Shown in pieces: positions 32,808 through 45,700 of a stretch of DNA of 64,000 nucleotides (its first letter is position 1; the number at the start of each line of letters is the position of its first letter). The stretch is from Ranitomeya imitator (Eukaryota): NCBI RefSeq assembly GCF_032444005.1, contig NC_091282.1, forward strand, positions 326,554,001 to 326,618,000, in the 5' to 3' direction. The position numbers and the translations under genes were made by a program. Under the pieces are notes generated by a model. It saw nothing but the letters and a program-made list of their open reading frames with translations. It made no database searches and was not told the origin of the DNA.

Positions 32808-35800
32808 ATATATATATCTACTATATAATTGTCTAAGAGTCACTTCCGTCTTTCTGTCTTTCTCTCTGTCTGTCTGTCACGGATATTCATTGGTCGCGGC
32901 CTCTGTATATCAAGGAAATCCAAGTCGCTGATTGGTCGTGGCTTTTTTTTGCACGACCAATCAGCAACGGGCACAGTCCGGAAGAAAATGGCAGCTCCTT
33001 ACTCCCCGCAGTCACTGCCCGGCGCCCGCATACTCTCCTCCAGCCACCGCTAACACAGGGTTAATGCCGGCGGTAATCGATCGCGTTATGCCGCGGGTAA
33101 CGCACTCCGTTACCGCCGCTATTAACCCTGTGTGTCCTCAACTTTTTACTATTGATGCTGCATATGCGGCATCAATAGTAAAAAATCTAATGTTAAAAAT
33201 AAAAAAACCTGCTATACTCACCCTCCGTTGTCCGCCGAGCTGCTCGCGACGGCCGCCATCTTCCGTTCCCAGCGATGCATTGCGAAATTACCCAGAAGAC
33301 TTAGCGGCCTCGCGAGACCGCCAAGTCATCTGGGTAATTTCGCAATGCATCCTGGGAACGGAAGATGGCGGCAGCCGCGCGCTCATCGCCTGCGCCAGAT
33401 CCGAAGGTGAGTATGTTACAACTACAATGGGCCCTCGGATCCGAAGGTGAGTATGTTTATTTTTTAACCTGTGATATACGTGGCTGGGCAATATACTACG
33501 TGGCTGGGCAATATACTACGTGGCTGGGCAATATACTACGTGGCTGGGCAATATACTACGTGGATGGGCAATATACTACGTGGATGGGCAATATACTACG
33601 TGGCTCTGTGCTGTATACTACGTGGCTGGGCAATATACTACGTGTGGCTGGGCAATATACTACGTGGCTGGGCAATATACTACGTGTGGCTGGGCAATAT
33701 ACTACGTGTGGCTGGGCAATATACTACGTGGCTGGGCAATATACTACGTGGCTGGGCAATATACTACGTGTGGCTGGGCAATATACTACGTGGCTGGGCA
33801 ATATACTACGTGTGGCTGGGCAATATACTACGTGGCTGGGCAATATACTACGTGTGGCTGGGCAATATACTACGTGGCTGGGCAATATACTATGTGTGGC
33901 TGGGCAATATACTACGTGTGGCTGGGCAATATACTACGTGGCTAGGCAATATACTATGTGGCTGGGCAATATACTACGTAGCTGGGCAATATACTACGTG
34001 GCTGGGCAATATACTACGTGGCTGGGCAATATACTACGTAGCTGGGCAATATACTACGTGGCTGGGCAATATACTACGTCGCTGGGCAATACACTACGTG
34101 GGCTGGGCAATAAACTACGTGACTGGGCAATATACTGCGTGGCTGGGCAATATACTACGTGGCTGGGCAATATACTACGTGGCTGGGCAATATACTACGT
34201 GGCTGGGCAATATACTACGTGGCTGGGCAATATACTACGTGGCTGGGCAATATACTACGTGGCTGGGCAATATACTAAGTGGCTGGGCAATATACTACGT
34301 GGCTGGGCAATATACTACGTGGGCATGCATATTCTAGAATACCCGATGCGTTAGAATCGGGCCACCATCTAGTCTATCTATATATATATAATTGCCTAAG
34401 GGTTTTTCCGTCTGTCTGTCTGTCTGTCTGTCCTGGAAATCCTGCGTCTCTGATTGGTCGAGGCCGCCCTGGCCTCGACCAATCAGAGACCGGCACAGCA
34501 TCGACGTAGAAATCCCGCGTCTCTGATTGGTCGAGGCCGCCAGGCCTCGACCAATCAGCAACGGGCACAGCGACGATGATGTCATAAAGGACGTAGACAT
34601 CCCGCGTCTCTGATTGGTCGAGGCCGCCAGGCCTCGACCAATCAGCAACGGGCACAGCGACGATGATGTCATAAAAGTTGCCTCGACCAATCAGCAACGG
34701 GCACAGTCTGCCGCGAATTCTGGAATCATCATTGTCCATATATTACAGGGACATGCATATTCTAGAATACCCGATGCGTGAGAATCGGGCCACAATCTAG
34801 TATATATATAATTGTCTAAGGGGCACTTCCGTGTGTCTGTCTGTCTGTCACGGATATTCATTGGTCGCGGCCAGCCAGTGGGCATGGACAAAAGGGCAGG
34901 GGAGGCCAGGAAGTATGCAGAGCGAGTCCCCACCCGCTCTGTACAGGCCCGGCCAGAAGCGCTGCAAAGGGGCCGCGACCAATGGATATATACTCACCTT
35001 CCGTCCGCGGCTGTCACCGCCGCATGTGCTGCTCTGTTTCCTGCTGTCGCGGCCGTCATCAATGACCGCGGCCGCTAATTTAGTCCCAGGCTTTTGGCCA
35101 CGGTAGGCCTAACAGCGCCCATGATTCCGGCCGGCTCCGCTCTCCTCTTGGCGACTCCGCCCCCTTAGATTGGTCGCGGCCAGCCAGTGGGCAGAGACAA
35201 AATGGCAGGGGAGGCCAGGAAGTATGCAGAGCGAGTCCCCGCCCACTCCGTACAGGCCCGGCCAGAAGCGCTGCAAAGGGGGCGGAGTCGCCGTGAGGAA
35301 GGCGGAGCCGGCCAGGACCATGGGCGCTGTTGGGCCTACCGCGGCCAAAAGCCGGGGACTAAATTAGCGGCCGCGGTCAGTGACGATGGCTGCGACAGCA
35401 GGAAACAGCGCAGCACATGCGGCAGTGACAGCCGCGGACGGAAGGTGAGTATATATCCACTAGTTGGTGGCCCGATTCTAACGCATCGCGTATTCTAGAA
35501 TATGCATGTCCACGTAGTATATTGCCCAGCCACGCAGTATATTGCCCAGCCACGTAGTATATAGCCCAGCCACGTAGTATATTGCACAGGCCACAAAGTA
35601 TATTGTACAGGCCACAAAGTATATTGCCCAGCCACGTAGTATATAGCCCAGCCACGTAGTATATTGCACAGGCCACAAAGTATATTGTACAGGCCACAAA
35701 GTATATTGCACAGGCTACAAAGTATATTGCAAAGGCCACGGAGTATATTGAATAGCGACGTAGTATACAGCACAGGCCATGTAGTATATTGCACAGCTCA

Positions 35801-36095
35801 CGTAGTATATACTCGCCTTCCGTCCGTAGCTGTCACTGCTGCATGTGCTGCGCTGTTTCCTGCTGTCCATCACTGACTGCGGCCGCTAATTTAGTCCCCG
35901 GCTTTTGGCCGCGGTAGGCCCAACAGCGCCCATGGTCTCGGCTGGGCAATATACTACGTGGCCTGTGCTATATACTATGTGGCTGGGCTATATACACTAC
36001 GTGGCTGGGCTTTTTACCGCGTGGCTGGGCTTTATATTACGTGGACATGCATATTCTAGAATACCCAATGCGTTAGATTCGGGCCACCATCTAGT
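32808..36095. mobile_element. Cluster of Helentron/DINE-1-like elements with 20-bp tandem repeats
   Basis: Repeated ends atatataattgtctaag... and ...catattctagaatacccgatgcgttagaatcgggccaccatctag; gtggctgggcaatatactac arrays at 33478-34322 and 35510-35810. Confidence 0.65.
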
Positions 36096-36239
36096 CTATT
36101 ACATAATTTGTGTCAGATGACGCAGCCAATCACAGCTTAGCTTACATCTCTCCACCACGATTCACAAGATGACAGCTGAATGCTGATTGGTTGCACTTCC
36201 CATATACAATCTCTTGCCCGCTCGTGCCGCTTACACCTA

Positions 36240-37075
36240 AAGAACATCTCTAGAATCCGCCCTTTTCTCACCATGGAGACAACAAAGACCCTGTCGCCCT
36301 GATCCACTCCCGCCTGGACTACTGTAACGCTCTATTAATTGGCCTCCCCCTCACTCGACTTTCCCCTCTCCAGTCCATCCTTAATGCAGCAGCCAGGGTC
36401 ATCCATCTGGCTAGTCATTACTCGGACACGTCCGCTCTTCGCCAGTCGTTACACTGGCTGCCCATTCATTACAGGATACAATTCAAAGTACCTGTTCTCA
36501 CCCACAAAGCTCTCCACAGTGCGGCACCCCCTTACATTTCCTCCCTCATTTCTGTCTATCGGCCTAACCGACCTCTGCGCTCTGCAAATGACTTTCGACT
36601 AATCTCTGCACTAATCCGTACCTCCCACTCCCGACTCCAAGACTTCTCCCGTGCTGCACCAATCCTCTGGAATGCTCTACCCCAAGATATTAGGACCATC
36701 CACAATTTGTATAGTTTTAGGCGCTCGCTCAAAACACATTTGTTCAGAGCGGCCTACCACGTTCACTAATCAGTTATTTTGTTTGTTTGTGTGTAGCCCA
36801 TTCAGTACTTCGATCTATCCCCCACTTCCTGAAGGTGGCTGGACCATCATTGTAAATACATCATTGTAAATACACACCTGTACTTTGCATCTCCCCCACC
36901 TCATTGTAGATTGTAAGCTCTCACGAGCAGGGTCGTCTTATTTCACTTTAATTATTGTATTGTTAACGTTGTTACTTATGACTGTTGTGTTTGAAACTGT
37001 TAAACTGTAAAGCGCTGCGGAATATGTTGGCGCTATATAAAGATTATTATTATTATTATATAAAGATTATTGTTA
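36240..37075 (+). mobile_element. 5'-truncated L2-clade LINE
   Basis: Decayed RT C-terminus (SRLDYCNALLIGLP..LQSILNAAAR..WLP..RIQFK..WNALP..LKTHLF) and a 3' tail gcgctatataaagattattattatt. Confidence 0.8.
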
Positions 37076-37199
37076 TTATTAATAAAGCTTATTTTATATT
37101 ATGGAAGTTCCCAATCCCATTGAGACCAGTAATTGCGTTCAGTAACTACAGACAGGAAAAATGCGCTGCACGGGAGATAACGTGATGCAGCGGCGCTTC

Positions 37200-37480
37200 C
37201 TACCTGTACTTCTATTTGGGCAACACAAGGATCTAATGATAGTCCAGGCTTTTCCTACTTTCCAAGCAAAAGTCGCATCATATCTGCGCCAGCGCACAAC
37301 TAATTACGTCACATCCCTGCTTCTGAAAGGTCACAGCCACCAATCAATGTGCAGACATAGAAGCGAGGCTTGGGACGCACAGCAACTTCCGGTCTCTTGA
37401 AACGCAGAAGATACAACACAAGACGGTGGGACCGATCCAGCGCAGCCCGGGATCCAGCTCCTTTACCGACTGCTGTACGT
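37200..37480. promoter_or_regulatory. Putative bidirectional promoter and non-coding first exons of SRRD and HPS4
   Basis: Unique CpG-containing sequence between divergent genes with ACGTCA (CRE half-site), CCAATC and ACTTCCGG (ETS); candidate donors acag|gtagga on - (near 37203) and gct|gtacgt on + (near 37474). Confidence 0.5.
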
Positions 37481-37827
37481 CACTCCATTGTTGGTTGTTG
37501 TGTGTGCACGACCCGGTCACAAATGTGTGCTGATGACAGACCCCAGACCAGACCCTCCCATTAATAAAGGCTACAGACCCCAGACCAGACCCTTCCATTA
37601 ATAAAGGCTGCAGACCCCAGACCAGCATGTGCTGCGCTGTTTCCTGCTGTCCATCACTGATTGCGGCCGCTAATTTAGTCCCCGGCTTTTGGCCGCGGTA
37701 GGCCCAACAGCGCCCATGGTCCCGGCCGGCTCCGCCCTCCTCACGGCGACTCCGCCCCCTTTGCAGCGCTTCTGGCCGGACCTGTACGGAGTGGGCGGGG
37801 ACTCGCTCTGCATACTTCCTGGCCATA

Positions 37828-38185
37828 CTTGTATGAATGTCAGGGAACGGGAATGGTTGTGCTCCACCTAGTGGTCACTTGTATGAATGTCAGGGAATGT
37901 GTGAGGTTGTGCTCCACCTAGTGGTCACTTGTATGAATGTCAGGGTATGTGAGAGGTTGTGCTCCACCTAGTGGTCACTTGTATGAATGTCAGGGAATGT
38001 GTGAGGTTGTGCTCCACCTAGTGGTCACTTGTATGAATGTCAGGGAATGTGTGAGGTTGTGCTCCAACTAGTGGTCACTTGTATGAATGTCAGGGAATGT
38101 GTGAGGTTGTGCTCCACCTAGTGGTCACTTGTATGAATGTCAGGGAATGTGTGAGGTTGTGCTCCACCTAGTGGTCACTTGTATG
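37828..38185. repeat. 50-bp minisatellite, about 7 units
   Basis: Unit gctccacctagtggtcacttgtatgaatgtcagggaatgtgtgaggttgt. Confidence 0.93.
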
Positions 38186-40351
38186 GTGCCTCTAGTGGGG
38201 ACTGATCAGTATGACTGCTTTCGCCATAGACTGCTGAAGGGAGAAATCACGAGAAGCATCTTGTGATCAGTTTATCCTTCCGAGCTGGCTTCCATCATTC
38301 CCTGCATCCACCAGGGCTGTGGCTGCTTCTGTGAGAGAGGTGGGTATAAAATACTCCTAAATATTAGCACTTATGTGTTCTATTTGTTGCTGAGGGTTTC
38401 ATGGCATTGCACTTTTATTTTGAGGAGCCTTACGTCACATAGAAGTTACTGGGGTCCATGGCTGTGAGTGTCATCCATGAGAGATTCCACGTATACGTGT
38501 TGCTATATGCACAAGGGGGACATTTTAATGTTCTTCTGCCATTTCTGAGACGATGCCGTCGCCTGTGTCTGCCATTGTGCGACCTCTCAGGCACAAAGTC
38601 AGGAATGCACACATTTGGGGGAAAATTCTATGTTCTATCCAGAGGCTGCAGCCAGCAGAGACCCCCTGAGGCAGGTGCGAAACGGTGACACGTGACCACA
38701 ATTCTCAGGAGAGTTATGCCATCAAAATTAAATGTGTGACTTTCCGTCACGTGACAGAACTGTGATTTGTTTTTTTTGCAGTGAAATTTAAAAGGGGAAA
38801 AAAAACAAATCCCACACAAGCTGCAGTCACATGGGACGTGCATAGAAGTCTACGGCGAATAAGGTGCAGTGACCAGAAATAGAAAATCCAGTGGCGTGTG
38901 ACACCATAGCAAGTCACTAGATGCAGACTTTTTATATGTTTTATATATATTTGTATATATTGAGGCTTTTGAACATTTTTTTTTTTAACCAGTTCAGGAC
39001 TCCAACGGCACCAAATGGTGAATAAAAGACGTGCGCCGACCACTGTTCATGCGTCGTCCGCTCTGAAAGCCTTCTGCACTTTCTAATACAGGTCAATGGG
39101 AAAGCTCAAAAGGCACCTGGACGTCTTCATGATTGTTTTGCTTCCAAAACCGCAAACCCTTTCTTCAATGCTGAAAAAGCGCTAAAGAATCAACAAATAA
39201 AATGCTAAAAAGAAAAGGCACTTCAGGTTTACAGAAACACCAGAGAAAACGAGGCTTCTGTTTGAAAAATTGATATTTTTGTCACCTGAGAGACATTGTG
39301 TTAACGTTCCCACAATGAGTATTTTGTTCGGTTTTGACGTTGCATATATATATATATATATATATAATTTTTTTTTTTTTTTTACACAAAAATGGTGTTT
39401 TACAGTTCCAGAAGAGTGGATGTATAGAAATCAGACGCCCGTCGCGCTCTTATTACCTGTGCTGCGTTTGATACCCGCAACATGACTATTTCTTGCTGTG
39501 TTTTATTTGCAAATTTTCACCATAGACTTGAATAAGACGAAAATCTGAAACACATACACTTTTTGTGCTTTTCCACAGCAGAAAACGCACTAAAGGTCAC
39601 GTAGTCCACATGTGAAGGCATCAGTAAGGTTTTATCAACGCTGGGGAACAGGAATTATCCAATGCAAAGCAACTATTATTTAAAATATGACATACAAAAA
39701 AAATCCCCCTTAATGTAAAACAAGCTCTGGGGGCAGAGTTACCTCCTAGGCCCCGCCCTCCCCATGAAAGAGCTCATTTATATCAAGTGATAGAAGATGA
39801 TTACTCGCCAACCAGGCATCTGATACGAGACACACAGGGATCACTCTCCTCAGCAGTCTATGGCCGGTATTCCCATATTAATAGTTCAGATAGGTCAAAT
39901 ATGGTGACTGATACCCTTCAAGTGGAGTAAGAAGGTTGCAATGGATGGTGAGTGACTGAAGTGCTGCCCCCATCATCTCCTTGTCTCCTGTCATGTGCTG
40001 GTCACACAGGTACATGGCTGCCATAGCACATCTCTGACAGGACGGACTCATCCCCCAGAAGTAAGCAGTGAGGGTCCGTAAGGTTCCATCAGCAGAGAAG
40101 CTGCAACTCTTGAGAAATGTCCATTCAAAGTAGAGTAGAAACTTACTGAAAATGATTGTACTTGGCTGTAATGGCACTTGTGTCCGCTCCATATCGATGC
40201 CTATGTAGATTTCTGGACGGCCTACTCATCCTGACTGCTGCTTATTCTTCTGGGTTTTTTTTGCCAGGTATCTTGGAGACCAGTAGATTTTCGGGTTATG
40301 AGGATGTGCAGTAATTATTGTATAGCGTTGGAATGATCCTATGTGAATTCG

Positions 40352-40392
40352 ATGGCCTCTCCCTTTTTTTCCGATCCCAAGCCGGTGTCATG
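40352..40392 (+). CDS. HPS4: HPS4 first coding exon (CDS 41 bp; exon starts 40268)
   Basis: ttgccag| acceptor; MASPFFSDPKPVS-W|gtaagt, compared with recalled human MATSTSTEAKSASW. Confidence 0.88.
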
Positions 40393-41655
40393 GTAAGTTA
40401 TTAGTATTTATGAAGTATGTACACCCCACTGTGATTTAGAAGAATATTAGACATACATTTATGGGGGCACATTGTATGTCTCACAGAATGCAACTGAAAT
40501 TTCATTATACAGCACATTATGTTTCATGAGCGCGCCATCCCCGGTTCCGTCCCCTTTGGTGGGCAGTCGGCTGCTGAGACTGACACTTATCAATCGATCA
40601 AAGAACTTTTATCCTTGATCCGAAATGGCCCGACCACTTATTCAATCATTCTCTGTGGAAAAAGGAAAGTGCAGCCCCATAAGGAATGAATAGAGCGGTC
40701 GTCGAGCATGGGCACCGTTACTCCATTCTAACTGGGAGAGTGGGGCACTTTAACCACCCCCACCAGTGTAGTCCCCCACCAATCCATGTTAACACCTATG
40801 CAGTCTACAACTCCGGCGTGTCCGCCTACAGTATCCGTACATGCTCGAAAATCATGCATGTTCGCTGTGCTGGCGCCCTAATCTCTAATGGACCCCATTG
40901 ATATATACGTCCAAATCACATTTTTAGGGGGGTTCAATAATCCTTGACGGAGCCATCAAACAGGTGCCCAAACGCAGAGTTAAAGCACCCTTAAATGGTC
41001 AGTGTTGGTTTAACAAACTTATGTATATATATATGTGAAATATTGGCAGAGTAACGCAAACCTTCTACTACCTGCGACATCTCTGGGACCTTTTTGATTA
41101 GTAAGTATCACGCATGAATGATGCCGTACTGGGGCTACTAATCGGAGGGGCACCATGGGTGTGACAAGTAGCATGAGATTTGGCCATGTACTACAGGTAG
41201 TAGGGAATGGAAGCCTGGAGCATATAGTGCTGGCAATCTCAGCCTGCTCCCAGGGATATGAATGGTGCGTTTCCAGCGTATTGGCAGGAGGAAGCTCAGG
41301 AACAACTGGGAGGAGCAAACAATATATTACATTTTTAGCTGAACCACAGGTACAGTCTAAAGGATATGCTGGGAGATTTTCCATCCATACATTTTTGTTG
41401 CTTCAAAGAATAAAAACCCATTGCCAGAGCATGCTTTCTTGTAGTCCCATACACTCTTCAGTGATTTGATGTAGTTTGGCAGCAGCATTTTTTTATCTAA
41501 AGAAGTGATGTTAAATTCTCTGATAAAATATGTCTACTTATAGAGAACTTTACCTTCAGACCATTATTAAAGGCAATCTACATTTCAAATGCCACAAGAG
41601 CTTTCTTATGTAAAAAAAAAAAAACTAAATCTTTACAAATGTTCTTTATATGCAG

Positions 41656-41746
41656 GATGAATTATTTTTTTCTCTATGATGGATCAAGGGTAAAGGGAGA
41701 AGGTGACCCCACTAGGGATGGAATTAGTTACTTCTATCCACCGCAG
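41656..41746 (+). CDS. HPS4: HPS4 coding exon (91 bp)
   Basis: tgcag|(W)[30 protein letters not shown]|gtaatt; HPS4 longin-domain motif [18 protein letters not shown]. Confidence 0.97.
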
Positions 41747-42094
41747 GTAATTATCTGAATAGATAATGTGTGCTTAAACAGAACGTGTCGTCAGAAAATG
41801 TATATAAGGGTTTTAGTTTAAAATAATTTTGTTAATGCTTTTTTTTTTCCAGGTCAGTATCTATATAACAAATATACTCCTCTTGTAATTTTCACAATGG
41901 CCACTAAGACCCCATTCACGGATAGAACACATGCCTTTTTAGTCTATGGCCCTTTTTACAGGACTGTTAGCTTTTGTAGATAGATGGTCCACAAAAAAAA
42001 AAAAAATATATATATATATATGTTCAAGCTTGGTCCGATATGTATATCAAACTCCCCCCTATAAGTGGATGGATCCATGAAAAAAACAGCCTAA

Positions 42095-42288
42095 GGCTGC
42101 CGTCACACTATCAGTATTTGGTCAGTATTTCACATCAGTATTTGTAGCCAAAACCAGGAGTGGGTGATAAATACAGAAGTGGTGCAGATGTTTCTATTAT
42201 ACTTTTCCTCTATTTGTTCCACTCCTGGTTTTGGCTTACAAATACTGAGGTAAAATACTGACCAAATACTGCTAGTGTGACGGCAGCC
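42095..42288. mobile_element. PIF/Harbinger-type MITE
   Basis: TAA TSD; TIR GGCTGCCGTCACACTA / TAGTGTGACGGCAGCC. Confidence 0.85.
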
Positions 42289-42767
42289 TAAGGGTGTTAT
42301 CCTGTTTGCATCTGTGGGCTGTCTATTTCTCACTGACTTAGAAGCGTAAGGAACCTCCATTTATTTTTTTCTCATGTAAGAAAAACGGTAGACAATCAAA
42401 TACTAAAAAGACTGTCATATGGACCAAAAATGGGTGAATGTTGAATCCTGCTCACCGAGGAAAATGTGATCATTTTTGCGTAAAAGAAAAAAGTGATGTG
42501 TGAATTTAGCCTAATCCTCATACTAGACTCATACTTCCTGTGTTCTACAGAAACAATTCAGGTGTCTCATTATCATCACAGCCAGGATTTCAGTGAGAAG
42601 TAACACCGTAGATAATAACAATCACAATAGGTGATTTCACAGGTCACCTCCTCCCCCTCTTTTCAGAATGACCCAATGAAAATGCTTCTGAAGAAGTCAA
42701 TACCTCAGAGCCAGTCCATCAATGTCTATGTGCTTGCTGAAAGAGTGTGTGTGTAATATATATATAA

Positions 42768-45700
42768 GTATAGGATTTCACTCACTCAGCTGCGACGGCT
42801 GACACTCAGGAGACGTGTTCCTTTAAAGTTCACTGGGTTTATTGCTTCATAAACCATGTGGCAAATAACAGAAAGCAAAATGGGCCTTTGGTTCAGGCAA
42901 AGAAAAGCAAGTGTCCAGTTCATCCGGCTCAGTCCTGAAGCCGAACACACTCAGGAGGGTTTCACCTCCACACATATCTGCTGTGTAAAGGATTAGCCAG
43001 TCTTATAAAGAGCTAACCCCACCCAGTAACCCATCACATGATTAGCCATGTGGTCTGACATTACCACAGGTCCTGAAACACATATACCAGATTATGTGCA
43101 AGAAAGGAATACTCCGGGCTACATTACAGCAACCAGGCACTTATGTGGCACATACCTCCCGTCGACTACAAACCCTTTAGCCATGCTACATACCTCCCCC
43201 CTCTGCCTAAAGCCGTGGGGCTTGGCACTTTCCCCCACTAAACAAGGGATTCTCGATGGGGCATCCGCATTCCCGTGCAGCTTTCCGGCCCTATGTTCCA
43301 CATGGAAACTGAAGTCCTGCAGGGCTAAGAACCAACGGGTGACTCTAGCATTTCTTCCTTTCGTTTCTCTCATCCACCTAAGCGGGGCATGGTCAGATAC
43401 CAGTCTAAATTTACGTCCCAGCAGATAGTACCGCAATGTGTCCACTGCCCATTTTATGGCCAAGCACTCCTTCTCAACGACTGAGTAGTTCTTTTCAGAT
43501 GAGGACAGCTTCCTACTCAGATAGAGAACAGGATGCTCCTCCCCATGTAGTTCTTGGGAAAGGACTGCTCCCACCCCAACATCTGAGGCATCTGTCTGAA
43601 GAATAAACTCTTTCTTGAAGTTTGGGGCCATCAGAACGGGTTGCTTACACAAAGCGTTTTTCATTTCTTGGAAGGCTGACTCTGTTTCTTCGGACCACTT
43701 AACCATTACTGATTTTGTCCCTTTTAGCAGGTCAGTCAGAGGCGCAGCCATCGTGGCGAAGTTTGGGATGAACCTCCTGTAATATCCCACGATTCCCAGG
43801 AAGGCTTTAACTTGTTTCTTGGAAACTGGTTTTGGCCATGTTTGGATTGCCTCCACTTTATTGATTTGGGGTTTTATTTCTCCATGACCCACTATGTATC
43901 CAAGGTACTTAGCTTCTTCTTTACCCAAGGCGCACTTCTTCGGGTTTATAGTAAATCCGGCCTCTCTTATAGCATCCAACACCGCTTGGACTTTCTCCAG
44001 ATGACTCTCCCAGTCCGGGCTAAAGATGACGATATCATCTAGGTACGCAGCAGCGTAGGCCTTATGGGGTGCAAGGACTCTATCCATAGCCCTCTGGAAG
44101 GTCGCCGGAGCTCCCTGTAGGCCAAACGGCATCCGGGCATATTGGAAGCATCCATCAGGTGTCGAAAAGGCCGTCTTCTCCTTGGCTTCCTGTGCCATGG
44201 GGATCTGCCAATACCCCTTTGTCAAATCCAAGGTGGATATATATCTGGCGTGCCCAAGCCTTTCGATGAGCTCATCAATACGGGGCATGGGATAAGCGTC
44301 GAACTTGGAGACTTCATTCAACTTCCGATAGTCGTTGCAAAACCTCCACTCTCCATCAGGTTTTGGGACCAGGACAATTGGGCTCGACCAACCGCTCTTG
44401 GATTCCTCAATGACCCCAAGCCTCAACATACGCTCCACTTCCTTGGAGATAACTTCTCGACGAGCCTCAGGAATACGATAAGGTTTCACATTCACCCGCA
44501 CATGTGGCTCTGTTAGGACCTCGTGCTCTATGACCTTCGTGTATCCTGGCAATTCTGAAAACAGGTCCCTGTTTTTCTGGAGTAACTCCCGGCACTGCTG
44601 TTTCTGGGTCTTTGATAGCGTCTCTGCTATAGTAACCGCTCCAACCTCACCTTCTGGGTTGCTTAACAATGACGGAGTTGCTGTCGGCTCTCTATCTTGC
44701 CATGGCTTGATGAGGTTGACATGGTAAACTTGGAATGGTTTCCGTCTTCCTGGTTGGTGAATTTTATAATTTACCTCACCAAGTTTCTCGACAACCTCAT
44801 ATGGCCCTTGCCATTTGGCCAAGAACTTGCTTTCCACCGTTGGAACTAACACAAGAACTCGGTCTCCCGGATTGAACTGCCTCACTCTTGCAGACCGGTT
44901 GTAGACCCTGGCTTGAGCTTCTTGTGCTTGGAGAAGGTGTTCTTTCACGATAGGCATCACCTTTGCAATCCTCTGCTGCATCAGGGCCACATGCTCAATG
45001 ACGCTTCTGTGGGGTGTGACTTCGGCCTCCCAGGTTTCCTTGGCTATATCCAGGAGTCCTCGTGGATGTCGGCCATATAGAAGCTCAAATGGTGAGAACC
45101 CTGTGGAGGCCTGTGGAACTTCACGAATGGAAAACATCAGATAGGGTAAGAGACAATCCCAGTCTCTACCGTCTTTCTCTATAGCTTTTCTCAGCATGCT
45201 CTTTAGTGTCTTGTTAAACCTCTCAACAAGGCCATCTGACTGGGGATGGTACACCGAGGTCCTCAACTGGGAGATCTTCAGGGCTTTGCATAACTCCCTC
45301 ATCACCTTGCTCATGAAAGGTGTACCCTGGTCAGTCAGGATCTCCTTTGGCAGACCTGTCCGGGAAAAGACATGGACCAACTCGCGGGCTATGCTTTTTG
45401 AGGAAGAATTTCTCAAGGGAATTGCCTCAGGATAGCGTGTGGCATAGTCCAGGATGACTAATATATACTGATGGCCCCGAGCTGATTTAACTAAGGGACC
45501 GACCAAGTCCATGGCAATTCTCTCGAACGGTACCTCAATAATGGGCAGTGGCACAAGGGGGTTCCGGAAATGAGGAGTAGGAGCAGTTAGCTGACATGTA
45601 GGGCAGGACCTGCAATAGTTCACTATTTCCCGGTGACACCCAGGCCAATAGAACCTCTGCACAACTCGTTCCTGCGTTTTTTCCACCCCCAGGTGTCCAC

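Noticed and set aside
33365-34354. 329-aa and 288-aa GWAIYYVAGQYTTWLGNILR ORFs (also at 51-52 kb and 57.9-60 kb)
   Set aside because: Frame-cycling translation of a stop-poor 20-bp tandem repeat in a non-autonomous element
41019-41384. Minus-strand ORF with a KNVIYCL motif reminiscent of a Penelope GIY-YIG endonuclease
   Set aside because: The rest of the motif is absent; similarity is too weak without an HMM search
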